Of a stretch of DNA of 64,000 nucleotides, positions 47,406 to 55,770 are shown one piece after another. A model generated the notes under the pieces. The model had not been told where the DNA came from. It saw only the letters and a list, made by a program, of their open reading frames with translations, and searched no databases. Position 1 is the first letter of the stretch; the number at the start of each line of letters is the position of its first letter. The DNA lies in sequence record NC_049851.1, one strand, 5' to 3'. Position numbers and translations under genes: made by a program.

Positions 47406-48443
47406 TTAGTCACCCATACCGACCTGTGCCGCGTTGACGCTGGTAACAGTCCATGCGCTACCTGCGCTGTCCCGCGTGAACACATCGGAGTACACAACGT
47501 TCGTGCCCACCAGCGAGCGCACTGCACCCGGGACTACGGTTCCGTTCGACTTTATCTGGGCCGTAACCGAGTGCTGAGCGTCTGCCCCGGGGTTCGAGGC
47601 ACAGGTGTTGACGACAACGGCGTTTACGTTTTGGGCTGCATATGGAAGCGCGCTCATCGTGTACAGATCAGACTTACCTGTCGTCGCGTCTGTCAGCGTC
47701 GCGGTCCCGGTCCACGGCTGCGATGCCACCTGCCAGTTGGCCCCGGCGCTGGGCGCGAATTGAGTGCTATCACCAGCACCAGCAGGATTCATTAGGCCGA
47801 TACGACGCGCGCCCACCGGAAACGTGTTGAAATCGGTGCCTGTGGTGTCCCAGATCAGGAAGTCGTCCAGATACGACAGGTTGTTGCTGGGTGTGTAATC
47901 GGTGCCGATAAACAGCGTCGGTATCACCTGTGCGGGATGATTGCTCAGGTTGTACGTACCACTGAATTGCTGAACACCATCCACGTAGGCCGTCACCTGA
48001 GAGTTGGCCCCATTCAGCGTGAACGAGACTTCGATCCAGTGATAGCCGTCACCCAAATACGTGGTGCCAGTTGCTACAGGCGTCGTCGTGTTGTTGTGCA
48101 GCGTCAAATAGCTGCCGTTGTACGACAGTAGCGTAGCGTTGGGGAGGCTGACCAAACAGTACTTGGGTAGATTGCTACCGCCACCGCCGTTCAGACGCAG
48201 CCGCCACCAACCAGCCACGTAGAACGTAGCGCCCGAGGCCACGCCTGCGCCCGGAAGATCACAGCGTAGCGAGGCCGCGTATCCCGCTGTGTTGTTGCAG
48301 AAGGCACGGCCGCCGAAGCGGCCGTTCGTGGGGTCGAGCCCGGCATTGCCCGCAGGCAGCGCAATCTGCTTGTACTTGCCGCTGTTTGCAACGTCGGTGA
48401 TTGTCGCGTACGAATCCCAGCCTTCAGAAAATAGGAGTGCCAT
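47406..48443 (-). CDS. ConA/LamG-like lectin-fold virion protein, paralog 1
   Basis: FSEGWDSY N-terminus; YHWIEV...AYVDG; YLDDFLIWD; shared C-domain ending WTVTSVNAAQVG. Confidence 0.7.
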   Translation of the reverse strand: MALLFSEGWDSYATITDVANSGKYKQIALPAGNAGLDPTNGRFGGRAFCNNTAGYAASLRCDLPGAGVASGATFYVAGWWRLRLNGGGGSNLPKYCLVSLPNATLLSYNGSYLTLHNNTTTPVATGTTYLGDGYHWIEVSFTLNGANSQVTAYVDGVQQFSGTYNLSNHPAQVIPTLFIGTDYTPSNNLSYLDDFLIWDTTGTDFNTFPVGARRIGLMNPAGAGDSTQFAPSAGANWQVASQPWTGTATLTDATTGKSDLYTMSALPYAAQNVNAVVVNTCASNPGADAQHSVTAQIKSNGTVVPGAVRSLVGTNVVYSDVFTRDSAGSAWTVTSVNAAQVGMGD

Positions 48444-48452
48444 ATTCTTTCC

Positions 48453-50459
48453 TTATCGCGTGCCGTTGAGCGTGATCGATACGCCGCTAAAAGTCGTGTC
48501 CGTGACGCCCGCAGCGAATGTCATCACGTCGCCTGCTGCAAACGTGACCGGGTTCGATATGTTCACGGTGCCAGTCGACGAGCCCGCAGGATACGTGATG
48601 TCACCCACCATTACACCGTTCTTGTAGATGCCTATGATCACGATGCCCGTCGTAGCCACCAGCGAACTCGACAAGTTTCCGGTGATGCCGGAGAGTCCCG
48701 CAGCGAACGCCACGCTACGCGCGAAGATCGTTCGGTAGAACGTAGCCCCAGCCACCGGAGTTCCCGGATAGAACGTCATGATGTCGTACGGCTGCGGCGG
48801 TATGGTTGCGGTGGGCGGCGCTGTCCATGTACCGTCTTCCCGCAGATACCTCGTGGTGCCAGCCGTCGAACCCGGGCTCGGAACAAGACCGTTTTTGGCG
48901 TTGACACCGGACGGACCGAACGTCGGAACGTTCATCTGGATCGACACGTTGTCGTTGCCGTCGGCCCCTACTATGATGTTGCTGTCGTATGCCACGATCT
49001 TGCGGAAACGCGTCTTGCCCGAGCCGTCGTTTGCAGCCGACATAACCGACGTGCCTGACGGTGCCGTGTTGTCGTAGGGCACTAGGTTCACGTTGCCGTT
49101 GCCGTCTGGCGACGCCCCGTTGACGGTCTTGACAGTTCCCGATGCCGTGATGTTGACCGTACCGTCTGCGGCCATCGACATGCCAGTCCCTAGCTTGATG
49201 CCACCGAGGACCGTACTCGATGCTTGTGGCAGCGTGTACGGGGCCGGTATAATAGGCAGTCCTAGCAAGTCTGAGTAGTTGCCAGTCTTAGCCACGGTGG
49301 CCAGATTCTGAACGTCGCTGGCTCGAATGGTCAACACATAGTTGCCTGTGTTGTCTGGGCCCGTCCCATTGATGCTAAGCACACCCAAGTTTGTGATCGT
49401 ACTGTTCGTATAGTCGATCCCACGGCCTGCCGTGATGCCTTGACCCAAGTTCGAGCGTATATCGTCGAGCACCGCCTGAAGGTTCTTGCCGTAAGTAGTG
49501 CCAACGAGTGCTGCGCCACCCGCACTGCCCAGATCGGATTCGGCTACAACGTCCGCTATCCGTAGTGCGTTGATCTCGACCGTGACGAGCGGCGCTCCTG
49601 CCACCACCATGGCCGCGACTTCTGGGGCAAGCACGATTTGAATGCCGCCCGTGCCGTCATAGGCCAGTCGTTCGAGATATGCACCCATCAAATAAACGTC
49701 AACGACGTTCGGGGTAAAGCCACCGGGTATCACGAACGTGCCCTGACCATCGGCGGTCGCGTACACGATCTTAATGGTACGTCGGTTCAGGTCGCCACTC
49801 ACTATCAGGTTATCGTTAGGATCACGATCGATTGTGATGTTGGCACCTGCTACCAGTGTTCGGAACTTCATGCGCGCGTCATGTGCGCCGGAGTCCGAGA
49901 TCAACGAGTTGCCGGTTCCGGGGTGTGCATCGACAGCCTCGATGGTGAGACTGCCGTCCCCCATGGGGTACATGTCGTTGATACGAAGGACGCCCGTGTT
50001 ATTGACCCTGATGGTGCTGCCCGTGTTGTCGATGCCGATGCCGGGGCCGCCCTCGATCACCACCTCGCCTGTCTTGTTGTTGACACTGGTGACAATACCC
50101 TTGATGGGCATTGGATCAGTAGTCGAGTGAACGACGAATGTGATCTGCACCACTGCGGTGTCAGTGTCCGAGCGGTTGGTGATGAAGAACTGATCTACCG
50201 GATCGTCAATGGACAGTTGCTGATCGACCGCTACTGCTGTTGGGGTTCCGGTTCCTACCACAGTCGACACAAACACAGGCTTGTCTGTGCTGATCGTGAG
50301 CGCCGAGAACCCAACATCCGCATCCCATTGCTGTCCCGGCTTCAGAACAATCGTTTGGTTGATGGTCTGATTGGCGTAGTACTTTGCCACCAGATTCTCG
50401 TTGATGACTGGAACACCGGAGCCGCGAGTGCCTGTCTTGATTACGAAGCTGTCGCCCAT
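48453..50459 (-). CDS. modular fibre protein with C-terminal 'AAGD' adaptor-like domain
   Basis: VxSVNxxxG repeats; LPQASSTVLGGIKLG; C-terminal PYDI...FAAGDV...ITLNGTR. Confidence 0.78.
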   Translation of the reverse strand: MGDSFVIKTGTRGSGVPVINENLVAKYYANQTINQTIVLKPGQQWDADVGFSALTISTDKPVFVSTVVGTGTPTAVAVDQQLSIDDPVDQFFITNRSDTDTAVVQITFVVHSTTDPMPIKGIVTSVNNKTGEVVIEGGPGIGIDNTGSTIRVNNTGVLRINDMYPMGDGSLTIEAVDAHPGTGNSLISDSGAHDARMKFRTLVAGANITIDRDPNDNLIVSGDLNRRTIKIVYATADGQGTFVIPGGFTPNVVDVYLMGAYLERLAYDGTGGIQIVLAPEVAAMVVAGAPLVTVEINALRIADVVAESDLGSAGGAALVGTTYGKNLQAVLDDIRSNLGQGITAGRGIDYTNSTITNLGVLSINGTGPDNTGNYVLTIRASDVQNLATVAKTGNYSDLLGLPIIPAPYTLPQASSTVLGGIKLGTGMSMAADGTVNITASGTVKTVNGASPDGNGNVNLVPYDNTAPSGTSVMSAANDGSGKTRFRKIVAYDSNIIVGADGNDNVSIQMNVPTFGPSGVNAKNGLVPSPGSTAGTTRYLREDGTWTAPPTATIPPQPYDIMTFYPGTPVAGATFYRTIFARSVAFAAGLSGITGNLSSSLVATTGIVIIGIYKNGVMVGDITYPAGSSTGTVNISNPVTFAAGDVMTFAAGVTDTTFSGVSITLNGTR

Positions 50460-50502
50460 AATTATCTCCGTTATGATGCTCTGCTAACTAAAATTACACA
50501 CC

Positions 50503-50535
50503 AAAAGAAAAACCCGGCTCGGGGCCGGGTTCTTC
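50503..50535 (-). terminator. intrinsic terminator
   Basis: Minus strand AGAACCCGGC-cccga-GCCGGGTTTTTCTTTT. Confidence 0.85.
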
Positions 50536-50617
50536 TGCGTGCCGCCTATTAATGTACCCATTGCATAGATACACTAAAATTGGCTGTTCGGTTATTGCCA
50601 ATACAGGGCCCTATTCG

Positions 50618-51112
50618 CTACGCGGTTGGCAATTCTGCGTTTACGGTCATGCCAAAACTACAGGTTCCGAAGCCTCCTAGTAGTTGGTTACCGGCAGGCA
50701 AGTTCAGGCGCACTGCGTTGTTCGTCTGTGAGGCCACGGTCGGATTGCCTGAGCTAAGGTTGGATACAGACACACCGCTGAACGCAAGCGTCGGGTTGCT
50801 GATACGCTTGTACTCGTACTGCGCCGTCATCTGCGGAACCTGTCCGTTGCCTACCTGTCCGGACCACGCGAAAGGTGTTCCAGAGAACGCTTCGTAGTAG
50901 AACAGACAGTCGTTGAGCATGGACGCTAGGTCGCGAAACTCGTAGCCCGTAAATTGCGGCCCGAACTCAAGCTGAACTTCAGACAGCAGCGCCGTGAACG
51001 TGCCGGGAGACGCAGCAGTAGCAATCTGCAATCTCAGGTAGTGGTTGGTCCCCAGAGTTTTGCCCACAACCGAGGGCAGCGCAAACGTCTGCTGACACCG
51101 CGTCCACGTGTA
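50618..51112 (-). pseudogene. headless tail-fibre C-terminal fragment
   Basis: Frame open from an in-frame TAG (51113-15): YTWTRCQQTFALPSVVGKTLGTNHYL...VQLEFG..FTGYEFRDLASMLNDCLFYYE (fibre-tip motif). No ATG or SD at its 5' end. Confidence 0.6.
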
Positions 51113-51134
51113 CTACTGGGGCCCCCGCCCCGAT

Positions 51135-51620
51135 TTACTGCGCTGTTGCCACAAGCCGTGCAGCGGCCCCCAGTCCACTGTCAAGCGCCGGTTGATCCTG
51201 CGGAATCTCGGTGCTGTTCGTGAACAGGGACCAGTTTGCATCGGCCGCTGTCTCGGTCTTGTTTGCGTCTTTGTTCTGTTCTTCAGGCGTCTTGCCGTCA
51301 CGCACACCATACGCGTCGTCGAGCGCTTTCTTGGCGTCGTAGAGGCGGGACTTGTCTGCGCCCTGAAGGTTTCGTCCCTTGCGATTGATGAACCCGTTCA
51401 ACTTCGAACTGGCCTCACCACGATCTTCTGAGTGCTGCTTGAGTTGGCGCGCGATCTCGCTGGGGCTCTCGGTGAACGTGCCCTTCGGCAATTCTGAGCC
51501 TGCGCGTCGGCCCTTGCCTCGGTACTGCTGGTCCATGCGCTGCTGCCACGTCTTGTCCTGATCCTGCTTAGGCGGGTCCGTGATTTGGCGCTCAGCCAGC
51601 AGCCTATAGGCTGCTTTCAT
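51135..51620 (-). CDS. DUF3175-like protein, paralog of 27820..28089
   Basis: LPKGTFTESPSEIAR...EASSKLNGFINRKGRNL...AKKAL; AAYRLLA at the N-terminus and AAARLVA at the C-terminus; GGAG RBS before ATG 51620. Confidence 0.7.
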   Translation of the reverse strand: MKAAYRLLAERQITDPPKQDQDKTWQQRMDQQYRGKGRRAGSELPKGTFTESPSEIARQLKQHSEDRGEASSKLNGFINRKGRNLQGADKSRLYDAKKALDDAYGVRDGKTPEEQNKDANKTETAADANWSLFTNSTEIPQDQPALDSGLGAAARLVATAQ

Positions 51621-51649
51621 AACCTTCTCCATGTTCTCTGGCTGCAATA

Positions 51650-51677
51650 AAATTGGGACGCCTCAGCGTCCCAATTT
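51650..51677. terminator. perfect 11-bp inverted repeat (terminator-like) overlapping a class B motif
   Basis: AAATTGGGACG-cctcag-CGTCCCAATTT. Confidence 0.7.
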
Positions 51678-51678
51678 G

Positions 51679-51966
51679 TTAAGTCGCCGATGTATCGCTT
51701 GGCGGTACAGGCAATAGCTGTAGTATGTAGGCCGTGTACGGCCGCACAATTGTCGTGTTGCCTATGTGCTCGGTCTCGTAGTACGTACGCTCATCGTAGT
51801 GCAGTTCACGACTAGTACCAAGTGCCGCTGGATCGAGTATCAGGACCCCATAGTTGAACTCGATTAGGTAGTCGTCCGGAACACTTGCGAGTACGTCAGG
51901 CCACTCTGTTTCGTCCCACGTCGCTACGTAGAACGTTTTGCTTATATCATCCTTGTAGGTGTCCAT
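51679..51966 (-). CDS. hypothetical protein
   Basis: AAAGGA RBS; fills the gap in the operon. Confidence 0.65.
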   Translation of the reverse strand: MDTYKDDISKTFYVATWDETEWPDVLASVPDDYLIEFNYGVLILDPAALGTSRELHYDERTYYETEHIGNTTIVRPYTAYILQLLPVPPSDTSAT

Positions 51967-51975
51967 ATGTTCCTT

Positions 51976-52341
51976 TTAACTCGGTGTGAACCAAGTAATA
52001 GTGGTCATTGGTTTAGCTGGGTCCAAGGTTGTCTGCGCTATGACCTCCAGCGTAACACCACTGTCTTGTGTGGTATACGGAAGGCCCGCTATGACTTCCA
52101 TGGATACACCATAATCGTTTGCCGGAATTAGGCCGGACGCCAACACCTCCATTTGAACCGCATAGTCATTCGCATTGAGCGGGGGTATGATCAGGACTTG
52201 TCGTGCTACAGCCTGACTCTTAACCGCCGATGACTGCGACAGTAGAACCTGCCGCGCTACTGCCCTAGCAGTAGACGCGGGAGATTGAACCGTGAGTAGC
52301 TGTCTGGCTAGGGCTTGGGCCTTTACTGGGTTACCTGCCAT
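51976..52341 (-). CDS. 121 aa repeat protein
   Basis: 3x A[LV]ARQ[LV]L, then 3x D[YS]xVx[ML]EV[LI]A. Confidence 0.72.
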   Translation of the reverse strand: MAGNPVKAQALARQLLTVQSPASTARAVARQVLLSQSSAVKSQAVARQVLIIPPLNANDYAVQMEVLASGLIPANDYGVSMEVIAGLPYTTQDSGVTLEVIAQTTLDPAKPMTTITWFTPS

Positions 52342-52355
52342 GGGCTACTCCGTGA

Positions 52356-54608
52356 TTACGTTATGTGGTTCAAAGCAAACTGCGAGGCTTTGATCGAGTT
52401 GGTGGTCCACGCCTTGTTGCCGTTCGGATCGATATCAGACAGAACCGACACGTATGCAGGAGTCGTACCTGACACCGTGACTTGCGAACTGTCCGTTTCA
52501 GCACCGCTACTCCGCAACCCGACGCTAACAACCGGGGCCGTGGTCGAGGTTTTGGTGAAATACGTCTCCACCAACTGTGCCCGAGCCGTATAGCCTGCCG
52601 GAATCGTGTCTGCCGAAGAGTACACGTCAACGTCTCCGGAGTTCGAGGACGCTACGTTCTTCGAACTCAGGCTCGATAGTGCAGCCTGATTCACTGCGCT
52701 GGCGTTAGTGCCCGAGCCACCGGTCGGGACCCATTGGGCCTGAACATCGGCATCGGGACGCTGAACCGCGATGTTGATTTGACCGAGGTTACCGCTAAGG
52801 CCGGTGCCGTCTTCGAGCGTCACGTAGATATCGTCGATTGCGGTAAAGCACCCCGAACGTTGGAAGCCGATCAGGAACAGGCCCGTCGTGTCGATGTTGC
52901 GTGTGAACTGATAGGTGAACTTCGAGCCGATCTGCACACCGTCAATGTACATGTACACATCGAACTGGTTGACTGACGCGCTGTTCTTGACATACCGCAT
53001 TTCGAAGTAGTGATACAGGTTCGACGTTGCAGACAGCGATCCTGTCAGATACGTTGTGCTGTTTCCTACCGAATCCAGAATACCCCACTGACGATTGCCA
53101 CCAGAGGCCCCCGCCACGAATAGGTGCAAGAATCCACCGTACGTGTTGAAGACCGTAAACTGGCCGTTCGCGGCGGGCGCTCCGGATGCAGATACCACCA
53201 GACCGCTGCCAACACCACCTGTCAATCCAGTTGCTGTGGCGTCGAGCGCCTCGTATACGTTCAGCGCCTGCCAATTGGTCACCATGTCTGGGGTGGTGGC
53301 GATAATACCGGTAACGGAGCTTGAGAACAGTACGTATTTGCTACCGTCATACAGATAATTTGTATAGCCGCCGGTCGCGACGTTCGTGAGTGGAGTGCCC
53401 ACCAGAGTCCATGTAACACCATCTAGTGTGCTGTATACCGACCCACCGTTTGTCACCGCATAGAGCGTGCTGCCGACCAGTATAAGCTGGGTCGGCAGTA
53501 CTGGCAAACTCAGACCCAGCGTCATCGTCACTGTTCCGGACAGCGGACTAGGCGTTCCGGGAGTGCCGCCCGGATTGGTCGCGTACATAAGGCCCATGTT
53601 CGTGGCAAACACATAGCGATTCGCAGCGGGCAAGAACGCCATATCCGTAATGTAGTTACCACTTGGACCCGGTGCCGTCCAACCCGTGGCGGTCACCGTG
53701 AAGCTGGTCCACGCGCCCGATGTGTTCAGCGCTGAGTTTGCGGCAACTGCCATCAGCCCGTAACCGGAGTAGAAAAGAGCAACAACACCACTGCTACCGC
53801 CCAACAAACGACTTACGGTAGAAACCGCGTTAATGGCTTGAGTTGCACCGCCCCCGCTCGACGCTAGGGTAAAGTTGCCAGCGCCCTTCTTGGCGTCCCC
53901 CACCATTGCATACATGATGCCCTGAAATCCTGAACTGGTATTGGATATCACTGGAACAACATGAGGAAACGCCGAGTTGCCGGTGTCCACTGGACACATT
54001 GGGCTGGAAACCGACGCACTCGGAGTGACTGGTAGTGCTACGTTAGTCCAAGACGAACCGTTATTCGTTGAGTAGTTTATAGCCGTCGTATTAGTGCTTG
54101 TGTTGGAGACAACCAGCGGCACGCTAGACGTTTGGGAGTACGTCATAGCTAGGGCACCCGATATCTGTGCTGGCGTGTCCGTCCAGTTGATCAGGTCTGG
54201 CGACGTGCTGATGTTCGTGCCTGTTGCCCGACGGAACCCCCAGTAACGGGTTCCGTCAAAACCGCACCCTTGGCCCAGTGCTGCGCTAACGTAATACCCA
54301 GCGTTGCTGTTGAGTTTGGCACCAAAACCGAGTGTGATACCGCCCGCGTTCCAAGCCTGTTGAACTGTGTAGCCCGTATTGTAGTATCCCCACGTCTGGT
54401 CAGCAGCAGCGCCCCACAGAGCCGACGATGCCGCAGACGACTGAAACGCACCCACGGGACGCAGTGACGTTCCCGGGACGTTAGTAACGCTAGGCGCAAA
54501 CGTCACCTTCTTGGTTGTGGGAGCCTGTGGGGAAACGCTCCAGTTTTGCAGCCGCAGGTCGCTGTCGTCGCGGGTCGTTTCAAAACCCTGCATGTATTTG
54601 AGACTCAT
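52356..54608 (-). CDS. lectin-fold paralog 2 with inserted Asp-box/beta-propeller-like region
   Basis: MQGFET N-terminus; STSPDLINW, YSTNNGSSW, YSTLDGVTW repeats; YMYIDG, AIDDIYVT; shared C-domain. Confidence 0.72.
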   Translation of the reverse strand: MSLKYMQGFETTRDDSDLRLQNWSVSPQAPTTKKVTFAPSVTNVPGTSLRPVGAFQSSAASSALWGAAADQTWGYYNTGYTVQQAWNAGGITLGFGAKLNSNAGYYVSAALGQGCGFDGTRYWGFRRATGTNISTSPDLINWTDTPAQISGALAMTYSQTSSVPLVVSNTSTNTTAINYSTNNGSSWTNVALPVTPSASVSSPMCPVDTGNSAFPHVVPVISNTSSGFQGIMYAMVGDAKKGAGNFTLASSGGGATQAINAVSTVSRLLGGSSGVVALFYSGYGLMAVAANSALNTSGAWTSFTVTATGWTAPGPSGNYITDMAFLPAANRYVFATNMGLMYATNPGGTPGTPSPLSGTVTMTLGLSLPVLPTQLILVGSTLYAVTNGGSVYSTLDGVTWTLVGTPLTNVATGGYTNYLYDGSKYVLFSSSVTGIIATTPDMVTNWQALNVYEALDATATGLTGGVGSGLVVSASGAPAANGQFTVFNTYGGFLHLFVAGASGGNRQWGILDSVGNSTTYLTGSLSATSNLYHYFEMRYVKNSASVNQFDVYMYIDGVQIGSKFTYQFTRNIDTTGLFLIGFQRSGCFTAIDDIYVTLEDGTGLSGNLGQINIAVQRPDADVQAQWVPTGGSGTNASAVNQAALSSLSSKNVASSNSGDVDVYSSADTIPAGYTARAQLVETYFTKTSTTAPVVSVGLRSSGAETDSSQVTVSGTTPAYVSVLSDIDPNGNKAWTTNSIKASQFALNHIT

Positions 54609-54617
54609 ACGTATTCC

Positions 54618-55760
54618 TTAACGAGAAGTCTGGCCGAACTCTCCGGCATTCAGACTGGCTGTTGTCCAAGGGTTCGTGCCGTCTGTTTCTGCCACCGATA
54701 GATAGCGCGACGGGCCGTTCGATGTTGTCATTTGCGTCACACCGGACGAGCTTGATGTTTTGAAAGACCCCTGAATGTTCTGATACCGATTCGAGTTGCC
54801 ACGCATCACGACCGCACGCACATCGGATACCGCAGGCACATTCCATTTGTACGTATCGGTCTGGCCGGTGGCGCTTGCGGTCACGTAGTTGGCACCGGTC
54901 GTATCGGTGGCCGATTGCCAGTTGGGTTCGGCACCAGATGGAGTCCACTGGGTGACCGATCCGTTGCCCGTTGCCGAGACTGCGTAAATACGGCGTGCCG
55001 TGATAGCGGGTTCCGTTTCCGGGGTCGGCCACACACCAGCACCGAGAGGCCACGCGGCGTCCGCACCCGAAACGTTCTGAACCACGAGGTCATCAACGAA
55101 GTAGCTGATGAAGTTCGAGGCGAAGAACTTGAGGCGGTTCGCGATCTGCCCGGCCGTGAAGTTGTCTGCACTCCACGTCACCGGAATATCCTGCTGCAAC
55201 GTCGTGCCGTTGATCGTGTACGTGGCAGTCAGGACAGCCGACGATGCAGTCGATGTCGTGCTGTAGTACGAGAACTGAAGCTGTACCCAGTAGTACGTGT
55301 TCAACTGGATGTTGAAGTTGTACGGAGAACTGGTCGGGCTGTTGATGTTGGTGACGAACTGTAGGTTGGTGCCGCCCGACGACGAATTGCTGATGTTCAG
55401 GAGCGGATACCACGAGCCCGGAACGCCTGCGGTTCCGAGTGCGAGCAACGTGCCAGACCCCGGGTTCATCGTGTTGATGTTCAACCAGAAGTTGAAGGCG
55501 AACGCGGCCTTACCGCTGGTGGCAGTGTTCCCGCGAATCATCTGCATGGTCGACGGGAACTGGTACTCGAAGCCCGAGGTCAGGGACGCTGGGGCCCCCG
55601 ACGACGGGAACGTGAGAGCGGCACCGCCAAATGCGCCAGCCGACAAGTTCACCTGTCCGGCTATGGAACTGTTGGTCACGAACCATGGGTAGTTTGCGGC
55701 AAGCGTGCCTGAAGGGTAGATGTCAAACCCCTCGGCCGCTGCAATAAATTGTGCTGCCAT
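54618..55760 (-). CDS. lectin-fold paralog 3
   Basis: AEGFDIY N-terminus; YYWVQL...YTING; FVDDLVV; shared C-domain ending WTTASLNAGEFG. Confidence 0.72.
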   Translation of the reverse strand: MAAQFIAAAEGFDIYPSGTLAANYPWFVTNSSIAGQVNLSAGAFGGAALTFPSSGAPASLTSGFEYQFPSTMQMIRGNTATSGKAAFAFNFWLNINTMNPGSGTLLALGTAGVPGSWYPLLNISNSSSGGTNLQFVTNINSPTSSPYNFNIQLNTYYWVQLQFSYYSTTSTASSAVLTATYTINGTTLQQDIPVTWSADNFTAGQIANRLKFFASNFISYFVDDLVVQNVSGADAAWPLGAGVWPTPETEPAITARRIYAVSATGNGSVTQWTPSGAEPNWQSATDTTGANYVTASATGQTDTYKWNVPAVSDVRAVVMRGNSNRYQNIQGSFKTSSSSGVTQMTTSNGPSRYLSVAETDGTNPWTTASLNAGEFGQTSR

Positions 55761-55770
55761 TTGTTACTCC

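Noticed and set aside
50540-50557. Five-codon ORF MQWVH* on the minus strand between a class B motif and a terminator
   Set aside because: Too short and has no SD; indistinguishable from chance.
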